Of a stretch of DNA of 37,873 nt, positions 1 through 11,475 are shown in pieces. A program made the translations under genes and the position numbers. Under the pieces are notes generated by a model that did no database searches, was not told the DNA's origin, and saw nothing but the letters and a program-made list of their open reading frames with translations. This DNA is from Asterionella formosa. Lineage: Eukaryota. Within the stretch, counting starts at the first letter, position 1. Each line of letters begins with the position of its first letter. The stretch covers positions 1-37,873 of the forward strand of contig NKIB01015169.1 in the NCBI GenBank assembly GCA_002256025.1. The letters are read 5' to 3'.

Positions 1-231
1 ATTTTGCATTGCCAGATTGGCATGATGAAGCAATATTAATTTAGCTATTACAACACATGATTAATCAGGATTCTTTTCAAATTGATTTTCTATCATACAT
101 AGCCATTGGTGATGTTATCTATGTACAGTATTATCAATGACAAACAATAGCGCCTGGCCGGCGTCACGTTGTTCATTTCACCAAAAGCAATGACGGCAAC
201 TTGCTGCAATTCAGAACGACCACTATACCAG

Positions 232-321
232 CAAGTTGCGGTCATTTCGCTTAAACAAACAATTTGATTTCAGATAAAGAAAGCTAAATAGTTAGCTTTT
301 TAGCACAATTACCGCATCTTG
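232..321. mobile_element. ~90 bp MITE-like element, copy A
   Basis: Imperfect 20-bp terminal inverted repeats (CAAGTTGCGGTCATTTCGCT / AGCACAATTACCGCATCTTG). The body is the reverse complement of the copies at 25348-25460 and 34435-34522. Confidence 0.7.
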
Positions 322-692
322 AAGTTACCAAGTACTTTTCATTGTAACACATTGTTTCGAGGTAGACACCGGTATATATCAATTTCAGGCTATTTCGTCA
401 AAATGACTCTTCCAAGAAGGTCATCGATTTCAAAAAGTCCTTTCTTGTATACTAGGAGCACTATCGAATATTTGTATTGATATTATTCCGATTGAAAACA
501 AGATGCATTTATGTAGAGAGCATAGAGAGTGGGGACATCCGTCATTGCTAATTTGTCGTCAGCAAAATCGTGAAGAACATACCATATTACCTAAATAATA
601 ACAAGCAATCGTCCGAGCTGATGTGCGCTACAAAAGCCATGTAGCCGCTGATTGTGCAAGAAAACTTATCGTCACAGTGGCAAATTATCATC

Positions 693-1788
693 ATGGTATC
701 CCTTTCCATTACTGCTCCTCGCACCACTGAGGATGAATTGAATGCTGAGAGAGCGCTGCTATCACAGGAACAGTTGCAGCTTGATCATGCGGAGCTATAC
801 GGAGGACAAGCGGCAGCGATTGCAGAAACGGACGAAATGGTTGTATGGACCCTGCAGCAGGTTTTGGAAAGGGTGGTCTCGGAAGCCCAGCAAACTACGA
901 CTTCGACACCCGTGCAGCAAGCAATGCAGAATTGTCCTGAATATCTTATGAGTCAAGAATTTCTGCTAATGTTTCTGAGGGCGGAGCGATTCGATGTGGA
1001 GGTAAGAACTTTGACCTGAATGAATCTTCGTTGACACCTAGGTTATGTTGTGATCATTTTGCATGTAGTGGACTGAAACATTTGCTAAACCAATTCGGCT
1101 TTCCTAATTAACAATGCCAAAGTTGGCATTGACACGCATTCGCCAGTATTGGAAGACCAAGATTGAGCTCTTTGGAGACAATGCATTTCACCCCCTTTCG
1201 GCTCATGATTTGTCTGCTCAAGACATTGAATGCCTCCAATTAGGTGGACTTATTATCTTGCCAGGAAAGGACAGGGCAGGTAGAGCTTTATTGTTCAGTG
1301 ATCGCTCCAAATGGGAATTTCGTTCGACTCATCGAACGTCGTTTGCCCGAGCTTATTGGTTCGCTATTCATCAAGCTCTGCTAGACGTGGAAACTCAGAA
1401 GAAGGGCATTGTGTTGATTGTTTATAATAGTCAACCCTTTACAGCTTCCCAATTTGACCGCAAAACTTCCAATCTCATTGTTGGAGGTACATTTCATGTC
1501 TTACCGGTCCGATTGGCGGCCACGCACCTGACAATACAAAGTCGTGTCTTTAACCTTGTTTTGCCATTTATTTTTTGGGCCATGGGAAAAGAGGCACGAC
1601 GAAAATTCTTTGATCATATGGGATCTAAGGCATTGATTTTGGAGCAGTTGGGAACAGATTTTGGAATCCCAACCAGTCATTTACCACGTGAGTTTGGTGG
1701 GACTTTGGATTTTGACTATGGCAGATGGGTAGCGGAAACGTTGTGGGCTCAGGGCATTGCTTTCACACCTACACCTGGTGCTATATAG
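693..1788 (+). CDS. CRAL-TRIO (Sec14/alpha-tocopherol-transfer-like) lipid-binding protein; exons 693-1001 and 1123-1788
   Basis: A GTAAG...AAG intron (1002-1122, phase 0) joins two ORFs into FLLMFLRAERFDVE|LALTRIRQYW (CRAL-TRIO N motif). Downstream motifs are GKDRAGRAL, ETQKKGIVLI, LPVRLAATH and HLPREFGG. Confidence 0.9.
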
Positions 1789-3575
1789 ATACAATACTAT
1801 ATAATACAATACAATACAATTCGATTCAATTCGATTCAAGCCTGTTTATGTATATCTGATTCAGTGTCACCCATGTGTCAAAGGATGAAAGCTTCACTTG
1901 ACAATAAAAATAAATTCCCTTTTCATGCAACATATGAAATAGTAGTTGGCATTTTGTTACTATAGTACTATAGGAAGGAGCACAGTATGACCAACCTTGT
2001 TTCGTGGCACATTGTTGACCAAAATGAGGGAGACTTATATATACTCACTCTGTACTTCATTGATGTGCAAAATGCAGGACCATGTTGACTCCTACAATTT
2101 TCTCCATTTTAATGCCATAATGTGCGCCTTGCTCTAGAGAAAAAGTAAAACTTTTTTGAATTTTGACATTTTTATGCATGCCATAATAATTCTTGACTTT
2201 CTTCGCATGTTTACTCGTTCCTCTCTTATACTTGTTATGAATATAGTTGTTGGCAGTATAAGAACCTGGCAAAATCTTTTCTGGGTTTGATCAAGATGGT
2301 TAAAAATAATAATCAAAAATCAGCAAAACTTTGAACAAGATGGGATATTTCAAGACCTAGGAAGGGATGAACATTTCAAACACATGGAAGATGTTTGGCT
2401 TCAACTGTTTTTTAAATTAAAGTCCTAGATTCCTATTGTTGGATTTTTACTGCTGTCATGTGTAAAATTTTTTTCCTGAATACCCCAGCTGAATAAGCAT
2501 ATATCTTTCATTGGATGTTCACATGATGCTTTTGGACCCACAGTGAGGGGTGAATGTAGTTGGAAATGCTGGCACAGATATTTTCGAAATGATTTCAGCT
2601 GGAAGACTTTGTTTCTCCTGAAATGGATTTTATTTTTAAAACTTGTACTGGTACTCTCCTACCGTACAACGCTCCTCCTGTATCTGATAACAAGGTATAT
2701 TGAGTGTCTATAGTATGTGTACAGTTCTAAGGCTGTACAATAGCAACGCACACCAGTAAATTATGCCTACATAAAGTATGCATTTGAATGTCAACAGATG
2801 ACGAAGGCAGAACAAAACGCAATCATCACGACAAAAAGAAGGTAGACTACCGGTAGTCTACCTAGTAAAATATGTCATGTATGCATAGTACCGGTCGGTA
2901 CAGTACCAGTCTGGTATGGTACTCTGTACATCATACACAAGAATTTTTTGTGACATGATGATTATATACCGGTGTATGTATAAAATAAAACAAACCATTA
3001 CCGGGCCTTCTTTGATGAGTTTACTGGTACCGGCATGTGCTAATTATTTCATCATTGTTGCTCGGCTCCGCCCGCGCGCCTGTTGCAGAATAAATGCACA
3101 ACATGAAGATACAAACATGTTTGTTATGAATTCATGAATTTGCTTACGATAGTAGCTTTTATATGGGTACTTCTAACACTTCTGGTATATGATGTAGACA
3201 AATTGCTTTGTTGTTGACGAGAAAGTTTGGTATAGACATTTTCATTATTTAATATTATATTATATATTATTCCTCGTTACTGATCTACGACACATGCATC
3301 ACTCTCAGGATCAAAATCACATACCGTATCAAATAAAACCACATCATCAACAAGGCAAACGAGAATCCATTTGCTCTATTGAGTAGAGACGCACAAACAG
3401 AGCTCTGAGCCACTCAACTTGCAAAAAGCGCTTCTTACGATCGACAACTTGTTTAGATACATTACAACCAATCTGGCAAATAGCACCACGTACTTACGAC
3501 GACGACGACGACGATTGACTTCACTGTTATTTGATACCACTTTGTGTCTATTATTATATTATTGAGTGGGATGCC

Positions 3576-5837
3576 ATGCCATTTTCTTCATCCACATATT
3601 CGACAGTTCATCCAAATGGATTATCCTCAACAACAACAACAACAACAACATCCCTTTCATGTTCACAGGGGTTCACTCATTTGTTTCATGACACTGTTGC
3701 CTTATCTATTGCAACAGAAGCATCATCACATTCATCAGGTTTGACATCACTTTATTATCAACCATATGTCTATGCTGGGGGTGGGTTGGGAAACTTTGAT
3801 GAATGTAGGTACATTGTCATGACAAAATCAACGTCAGCAACCTTGCCAGGGGATGGGCTCATTAGTTGCTTGGCAGAAAATGAAGGGGGTCCATCTGTTG
3901 CTAGTGTGTGTGTCCCAAAGGAATGTACGGCACATGATATGACAAGTGACGATTTTATACACACCATTATGAGGATAACAATGAGTGATGAAGGGTTGGA
4001 TTACAATACTAATTGGAATATTAACAATAGTGGTGATCAGCAGCTCCAAGCGACCACAACAACTCCAATGGATCCAAAAATTGTCATGGAATATGTACAA
4101 CTTCATACCAACATTCAAGAGGTGACGAGATTTTTAAAAACAAAATGGACTTGTGGTTCGTACATTGTCCCATGGAGATGGGGACAAAGTGGAGTGTATC
4201 TGGTACTACTGTGTGGTTTCATGGTCATGACAATAGTAGGAACGAACAAGTATCAACAACAAAAAAAGCAAAGCCATCAACACCACCACCAATGTTTGCT
4301 AACAAATAATGTCGAGACAGAAGAAGAGAAAAAGGACAATGGTAGTCCGGTTCGGCGTGTGCCAATGCGCCACTCATCACTATCCGGTTGGACACATCAT
4401 TGGAACTTGACAAGCAACATTGCCAAATTATTTCATCGACGTCCAGCGACCGCGTGTCTTGACGGGTTGAGAGTCATTTCCATACTATGGATCATTATGG
4501 GACATGTTATGGCCATTCAATCAAGCAGTGGAGGAGGATATAGCAATCCAGCTGATTTTCTTCCGCCTTTTGGCATTACAACAAGTCTGGGTGGTCAGCT
4601 TTTCTTTGCCAGTCGATTTGCGGTTGACACGTTCTTGGTAATATCAGGGTACTTGGTGGTACATGTATTGTTACAACTACCATCACGAGGAGTCGGCCAT
4701 TTCTATTTCGGCTTCCTATGGAGATATCTTAGTACGTTACCAAAACTTGTCATGGGACGTTTGCTTCGAATTTTGCCGCTATACATGATGCTGCTTGGAT
4801 TTTGGATCTATGTTGCACCACACTTGGGTGGTGGGCCATTTTGGCATCAATGGCAACCATTGTTGCAACCCTGTAGAGACTATGGATGGACAAATTTACT
4901 CTTTGTCAATAATTTTTATCCTTTGAACTTGGCCAACACACAAACATGCTTTTATCACTCATGGTACTTGGCAGTCGACTTGCAGCTCTTCCTTCTTGCA
5001 CCAATTATTGTGTACTTGTATCAACAACACCCAAGAGCAGGAAAATTTGCAACATTGACACTTATGCTAACATCCATGGCAGTGACATTCTATTTGACAT
5101 ACACACGTAAATGGAGTATCAATTCCTTTGATGGAGCTGCCGTTGCTCGATTTGATGTTGAAGGGTATGCCAAACCTCATATACGAGCCCAAGCCTACTT
5201 GGCTGGAATGGGGGTGGCATTCTATTTGAATCAACCATTAGTCATCCCCATGTCAAGATACCACATGATGATGGCACTTGGGATATTAACTGTCGTGTCC
5301 TTCTGTACTGTAACTGGGGCATATAGCAGACGGCCATGTAGATATGAAGAATGGCCCGTGGAGTGTGGATCTACCTGGAGTGAAACAGCCTCAATGGTAT
5401 ATACCGGCTCAAGTCGAGCCCTTTGGACAATGTCTGTGTCTGTTGTAATGGTTGTTTGTTTACAAGGACATGGTGGATGGGTAGGACATTTGCTATCCCT
5501 TCCCATGTGGACACCTCTCTCTCATTTGACATTTTGTGTTTACTTGGTTCATCCAATAGTGATTTTTGTATGGCAGCTTGGCGCTCGACAAAAGGAAGCA
5601 TTCCGGTTGCTTGACTTTGGTATGAAATACATTGCTGTCACAACCGTGTCATTTGGATTGGCTTTGTTTTTTTGTATGATAGTCGAATTTCCAATGGCCA
5701 ATGTGATTAAACAGTGTTTGAGTCGTAGGATACAAAGCAAGACTACAGGCTATGAACGGATTGTGGTTGATGTTGAAATGGAACCTGCTGCAAAACGATA
5801 TGGATCCATGAGTGGTAATCATCGGGATCCAGCGTAG
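3576..5837 (+). CDS. Acyltransferase-3 family membrane O-acyltransferase (NRF-6/OACYL-like)
   Basis: Long ORF with a Cys-containing N-terminal region (CVPKEC), LDGLRVISILWIIMGH, FAVDTFLVISGYL, RLLRILP, HSWYLAVDLQLF, YLVHP and many hydrophobic segments. First ATG is 3576; an upstream exon is not excluded. Confidence 0.9.
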   Translation: MPFSSSTYSTVHPNGLSSTTTTTTTSLSCSQGFTHLFHDTVALSIATEASSHSSGLTSLYYQPYVYAGGGLGNFDECRYIVMTKSTSATLPGDGLISCLAENEGGPSVASVCVPKECTAHDMTSDDFIHTIMRITMSDEGLDYNTNWNINNSGDQQLQATTTTPMDPKIVMEYVQLHTNIQEVTRFLKTKWTCGSYIVPWRWGQSGVYLVLLCGFMVMTIVGTNKYQQQKKQSHQHHHQCLLTNNVETEEEKKDNGSPVRRVPMRHSSLSGWTHHWNLTSNIAKLFHRRPATACLDGLRVISILWIIMGHVMAIQSSSGGGYSNPADFLPPFGITTSLGGQLFFASRFAVDTFLVISGYLVVHVLLQLPSRGVGHFYFGFLWRYLSTLPKLVMGRLLRILPLYMMLLGFWIYVAPHLGGGPFWHQWQPLLQPCRDYGWTNLLFVNNFYPLNLANTQTCFYHSWYLAVDLQLFLLAPIIVYLYQQHPRAGKFATLTLMLTSMAVTFYLTYTRKWSINSFDGAAVARFDVEGYAKPHIRAQAYLAGMGVAFYLNQPLVIPMSRYHMMMALGILTVVSFCTVTGAYSRRPCRYEEWPVECGSTWSETASMVYTGSSRALWTMSVSVVMVVCLQGHGGWVGHLLSLPMWTPLSHLTFCVYLVHPIVIFVWQLGARQKEAFRLLDFGMKYIAVTTVSFGLALFFCMIVEFPMANVIKQCLSRRIQSKTTGYERIVVDVEMEPAAKRYGSMSGNHRDPA

Positions 5838-6062
5838 AGGAATGCTTGGACTTTGGTGTCCAATAAGGCCAACTTCTCTAGAATATTTTGACAACTAATA
5901 CATAGGGATGCAGCACCTTGTCCAGAGTCAACATACGATGTCCAGTTGTCAACAACGAAAATTGAACATGGAGATTCAGATAATGGATTGTAGAACAATG
6001 AAAGATTGGAAAAATTATTCACCATTAATGAATGTATAGCAATTGAAAAAAAGAAGATGGTA

Positions 6063-7623
6063 CTAAAATAATGGATGTGCAGTATCCATGGCAACACGAA
6101 AAGTTCTCCATATTGGCACCCAAAGAAATGGTGTCGTACAATAGTGAGTGCACTCACCAAATGAAACGTTATTTCTAATATATGGGTGACTTTCATACAG
6201 CTTAGCTGTGAAATTGTGAAAAGGCAAAATAATGAGCTTTGTCTTACCAGAAGAGGCTTCTGCCCCTTTTGGCGAGACCACTTCGTAGCCTGCCTTTTGA
6301 GCAGCATTGCGTACTGTTCGATCTCGGAACCCAACATCATCTGTCCATTCAAGCCGAGTGCAGTTTCTACTCCGGTGAGGGGAGNNNNNNNNNNNNNNNN
6401 NNNNNNNNNNNNNNNNNNNNNNNNNNNNNNNNNNNNNNNNNNNNNNNNNNNNNNNNNNNNNNNNNNNNNNNNNNNNNNNNNNNNNNNNNNNNNNNNNNNN
6501 NNNNNNNNNNNNNNNNNNNNNNNNNNNNNNNNNNNNNNNNNNNNNNNNNNNNNNNNNNNNNNNNNNNNNNNNNNNNNNNNNNNNNNNNNNNNNNNNNNNN
6601 NNNNNNNNNNNNNNNNNNNNNNNNNNNNNNNNNNNNACCATCATGCAAACCAAAGTTGAACCATAACACACCTCCAGCTTGGTTTAACATTTCCTCTTCC
6701 TCATGAAACAGGAATGGGACACTGTAGATAAAGATCATTTGCATGTGAACGGTTTCCCCTTGAGGCCAGCTGGGTGATCGTACTTGTACCTTCGTAACTG
6801 AATTGATATTCCCCCATCCATGATAGTCCTCACCCCGATCTATAAACGTTTCATTTCTTTCGACCACATCGTAATTTCGTCTCAAAAGCTCGCACATTAG
6901 GCCATCAAAAGCTTGGTTGGTCATGGAATCACCCATGATTGTCAATGGTTCGTTGTGTTCCTTCAAAAGCTCAATTATTTGACAAACATCGCAAGAATTG
7001 GTTGAGGTAGGCCAGCGTTCTACAAACTCATGAGCTAGGTCCGCAACAAGTTCAAAATCTGTATGAGAACAGAAATGGGCCATGTCCTGTGTGACTCCGC
7101 CTCCAATCGAGAAAGAACCAGGACAGCATGAAGCGGGAAGCCGTGTGGGGTTTCTGCACTTTATCGAACCGTTCTTGAGATTGTTGATAGCCTCTCGTTC
7201 CCAAGCCTGCAACGGGAGGATTGCGATGCTTTCATTGTGAATTTTGTTGATGAATTCAGTTTGCAGTACATGTTGACCCATTGTTTTGCTAGTACCCTCC
7301 TCTGCAAGTGCATTCCTGTTAGATTCCAAATCATTTTTCCCAAACGTTTTTGTATTCATTTTTTGTTGAAAAGCTGGTGCTCCTGTTCTGATATTGCTAG
7401 CCGCAGCGTCTCTTCCTTCCCAAGCCTGCAACGGGAGGATTGCGATGCTTTCATTGTGGATATTGTCGATGAAATCAGTTTGTAGACTCTTTGCTTCTTT
7501 TGTTTCTGTGTCCCATTGTTTAGCCATTAAGAGCCGTTTGATGTTTTCATTACTATACATCAACGAAGCAATGACAAGCAACAGGGGAAATGCATAACGA
7601 AAAATTTGACGGCCCAACAACAT
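6063..7623 (-). CDS. SGNH-fold PC-esterase / trichome-birefringence-like (TBL) protein with N-terminal membrane anchor; spans an assembly gap
   Basis: N-terminal hydrophobic stretch, TIMGDSM (GDS block), WFNFGLHD, and after the N-gap a C-terminal GECTHYC (DCxHxC-like). The frame across the gap cannot be verified. Confidence 0.75.
6385..6636. other. Assembly gap (252 N)
   Basis: Run of N. Confidence 1.
7198..7485. repeat. Intragenic ~69 bp direct duplication (7198-7266 and 7417-7485)
   Basis: LQTDFIDNIHNESIAILPLQAWE and LQTEFINKIHNESIAILPLQAWE, offset 219 nt (in frame). Confidence 0.95.
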
Positions 7624-7833
7624 TTTATATTTGTCTGCCAGGAACGAGCGATAGCAAATGGTTGTGTTGAATGGGAAGACAAGCAAGCGTGATAACGAGC
7701 GAATTGAAAATATGTGCTAGTCATGTATTCTGTTTATGTATGTATCCATACCGTAGTTGCAACCATAATTTGTGAACGGTGGGTCATTACGTACCTCTCA
7801 GGATCCGCAACCTTCCTCGGTAATTATCCGACT

Positions 7834-8057
7834 AACAATAGCCCTTCCTATTTGAATATTATTAGGTGCTGACTTGCTGAAGGCAATACACGCCCGAGGT
7901 GGTCTCTTGCCTACTTGTGTTCGAGGCTGGGTTGCGCGAGTAGGTTGACCGTACGAGTGGCGCCCCCGGCGCTTCGAGAAGGTCACCCTACGAGTGCCAT
8001 CCCAGTCGAGTACACATGTATACGAGAAGGCAAGTAGCCGCAGGGAAGGGTATTGTT
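7834..8057 (+). ncRNA. Candidate structured non-coding RNA of unknown family
   Basis: GC-rich island with nested helices 7834-7848/8044-8057, 7906-7912/8028-8034, 7912-7920/8012-8020, 7925-7931/8001-8007, 7940-7950/7981-7991 and 7959-7964/7968-7973. G-U pairs work only on the + strand. Confidence 0.55.
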
Positions 8058-9855
8058 GAGGCAATTCGCGCTCAAGCTATCGTCGCGTCATTCGCTTACC
8101 TACTGCCCACAAATTTAGCATAAATGTCAATTTTAGCCTACTATTGCCCATCATATAAAATATATTTTGTATATTTCCTCTCTTCACCTCCAAAATTGCC
8201 AAAGGTCCGATATTGCTCATCATTAAAATATATTTTATATATTTCATATGTTCGCATTTTGGCAAGACAACAGACGCCAATTGCCCCTCGGTTTTCTAGC
8301 CCTGGGATTGCCGAAATCGGCAAGGGGTCTACTTAAGGAAACCATTTTATATACTGTACAGATTTGAATAATCCATATCTAGAATTCACCTCGTTTTTGT
8401 TCGTCTCCTGAAAAGTGGACTCCGGCAATTCACTTTTCACCATGCCAATCGTCGTCCATCATGACCGGTTTGAAGCGAAATCAGTTCCGCGATGACGCCA
8501 GTAGCGATTCTTTGCCTAACGGATGCGGTTGATTGTTGGATTCCTTGTCTTCTCGAGGTATTCATGTAGTCGCATTGTCCATATTTCGTCGGACGAACGA
8601 TGATATCGATAAATCTGATGTTGCTGGTGCTCCGGTCATGTATGTAATGACGCTTAACGGATATTCTAGTGGTACCGGCAGTCATCTAGTCTACATACAC
8701 AATGATGTCAATATTGCCGCCAAGCAATGCATTTCTTGTACTAACGCGCTTTGCTACATTTCTACTACGAGTTCGTATCAGAAGCTACATGAATACTCAG
8801 CTAGAGAGAGTCAATAGTTCTGGAGCAGTGTGGCGATCACGCTTGCTCAGAATGGAATGATCAGAGTTGCTAGTTTGGTGGGCAGCGGAGAGAAATGACT
8901 GTGGCGGAAATACTGCTACTGGTGTCAGGCTACTACAGCGATGCGCATGGTTGCAGAAACCAGACCATTTACGCTACATAACGATGTAGGTCAAGATTGG
9001 GTTCAGCTTTTCCCTTCTTATTTCGGTCTTCGATTGTGTGGTGATGGAAAGTGAATGTTGCCTGGTGTGTAAGTACTACAATGATTCACAATGCATACGT
9101 CTCTATTGAAACTCTTATTTTTTATTTCATTTCTAACCCAAAACAATTTTTTCTATTTCCCATTTGATGCTACTTATTACATCGCATTTCATACTTTGGT
9201 TGCTCCAAACATCATGTTCAATTTTCATTGATGTTGCATGTTACAATCATTCTCATGTGTTTTACGCTTGTTGTACCATCTCCATGCATATGACCGTTAT
9301 TTTGGTTGTCATGCTAAAATCGGCACTTTTACTGCCGAAAGATTCGATGTGCCCCATATTGCCCTTAAATAAAAATTACTTATGAAATTACTTAGAGCCT
9401 AAAAATTACTTAGAAGTACCCAAATGGCAAGACGATAGCTGGAGCGGGAATTGCTATAGGTTCATTTTGACAATAAAACGAGTAATGGCGGAACGTCACT
9501 GTAGCAACTATTTAAAGAATAACGGAGGGGGTTCTACATTTTTTGGGGTATACCCGCCCCTGACTGTTCTCGTACGTAATGATTATGGGACCTTTCAGAC
9601 AAACCGTGACAAAACATCACCGAGCGATTGCTCGCTTCGAAACCTAGTACCAGGTACTGTATACTTCATTGTCTTGGACCCCCTGTACATTTTTTTTCGA
9701 GGTGGCACCAAACACCCAATATTTTTCTAGACATAAACAAAGTAACGTGCTATAATTCTGATTTTAGTGGCGGAAATTGAATGACGCTACCGGTACTATT
9801 ATAAACGACCCGTAATATTGTTACTACCAATGCATACTACCGGTACACATTAATC

Positions 9856-10203
9856 ATGTCAACAACAAGATCAGCAACAATCAACAGCCGCCGAGATGGG
9901 GAGTTGCTTGGACAAAATGCTTCCAGCAATGGGCGGTCATGTGAGCAACATGAATGCTGCGGGAAAGCGGTTAAGGCTGATGATGTGATCAGGTTCAAGC
10001 TGGCTGTAGTGGGGATGTTTTGGGCAAGCCATTGGAGACAATCAAGGATGTCCTTGTCAAGGACGGCACAGAACTTTGGCAGAGAAGTTGCAGCATTGCC
10101 TTCACAATGGAGCAAGTACATCGACAAGTTTGCGCAGGTGCTAGAACTGTATAGCAAAACGATAGCTAGTGCGGGAATTGCTTACACACTTGAATACAGG
10201 TAA
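9856..10203 (+). pseudogene. Frameshifted Cys/His-motif protein (SNGRSCxxHxCCG), possibly HIRAN-like and transposon-associated
   Basis: DGELLGQNASSNGRSCEQHECCGKAVKADDVIRF continues in another frame as ETIKDVLVKDGTE, then returns to KYIDKFAQVLELY. The family is recalled from stramenopile repeat proteins, not searched. Confidence 0.5.
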
Positions 10204-10315
10204 GTACGATGGCCAACCAAAATCAATAGCCCGAAAAGATAGACATGTATTTAAATAAACTATGTACTGGTAATCTCACTGACGTGCTCATAGCATCGCT
10301 TGTTATTAGATCTTG

Positions 10316-11475
10316 TCATGTAATAGGAGTGACCGAAGGGTGAGGAAGTGGTGCCGTTGCAGTTGCAACTGGTACTGCAGTGTCGCCACGCATGATGGTG
10401 TCATGGTATCTGGTAAGAAGAAGTTGCTTCGTTGTTGGTAATGGAAAATCGTCTGCTTGCTTGTACCATGTTGCAATTGTTTTCGTTTGCGCCACTGTCC
10501 ACTCTGCGGGCTGTTTGTTTAGAGTTCTGATTGCATAAACCTTGCTTGCAAGCGCCATGTGTGCATCAATTTTATTTTTCTCTCGCTCACTTTTCACTTC
10601 TTTCATTTGCCTCTTCCTTTTCATCTGGTCATTGACCACCTCAGGTACCAACAAGTACCTGCCTGCAGCAACCACATGAATACCGGTTGTGTATCCATTT
10701 ATTGCTTGCAATCATCCTTACTGCTGTTTCTTTTCGTTAGAATGCTAGTTTTCAAGATTATTCTGTTCCTAGCATCCTCATGACTGCGATACATACTGTA
10801 TGAACTGATCAACAAGGGTTCCAGTGGCCGATGCCTTGGCTCAAGTTTGGTCCGGATGGGGGAATGAAAGAGACTGGTTGATTATTGTTTACTTCTGTTT
10901 GAAGATTTGAGTTCCTTGTCAGTTGAATTTCCGGATGGAGCTACAAGTTGTAGTTCAAGGGACCCAACCTTGTTTAGCAACCGCTTTTTGGCTTGTAGCG
11001 ATATGGGCAAAGGATTCATCCCAAGCTTTCGAATCAGATCAACAGTGCTATCCTTTTCAACAGTTAACACAGTGAGTAAGTCTTGCTTGCATTTTGTGAG
11101 TTGTATATTAAAGCTTGAAGGGTAGAAATTGATGAGGTATGTCCTGCCAATGACGACTGTGAATCATATAGTGTCATAGTAGCAGGTAATTGTACTAGTG
11201 AATTATTTGCCTTTCCCGCCTGATTTAGCTTCTGCAAATGGAACTGGACCATAGGTTTTGTTAGCCAAGCCAGTGTAGCCGTCTTTGATACAACAACATT
11301 CAATATTGCATCATATGGAAGTTTGCTATTGTTATTAGCCTTTCAAAGTTTCTAATTCCATAACTATATTATTTAAAGTAAGTGACACTACCACAGTCTT
11401 TATCTATAGAATGAGGTATCACCTTGTACTTTTTGGACGGATGAGGCTGTATTCTTGCTGTAGGTTTTATCATTG
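10316..11475 (-). mobile_element. Decayed, internally deleted transposase-like gene (pogo/DDE-1-like N- and C-terminal parts)
   Basis: N-terminal ANNNSKLPYDAI...LAWLTKPMV and C-terminal GTLVDQFIQY...GYTTG...EWTVAQTKTIATWYKQADDFPLPTTKQLLLTRY, with stops and frameshifts. No DDE core or TIRs seen. Confidence 0.45.

Noticed and set aside
1850..2700. Possible repeat or TE remnant
   Set aside because: CG-poor and non-coding, but no termini, second copy or protein motif could be shown.
7780..8071. HDV-like ribozyme, U3, U1, SRP, telomerase RNA or riboswitch identity for the structured region
   Set aside because: Only partial look-alikes (TCCTCG loop, ACGTACCTCTCAGGATC, ATAATTTGTG, GGTGC..GCTGA). 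The required P3/P2 pairing, C/D boxes, U1 5' end, helix-8 AGCA, CTAACCC template and CTGAGA are missing.
8437..8817. Short ORFs on both strands
   Set aside because: Under 100 aa, no motif, no clear splice partners.
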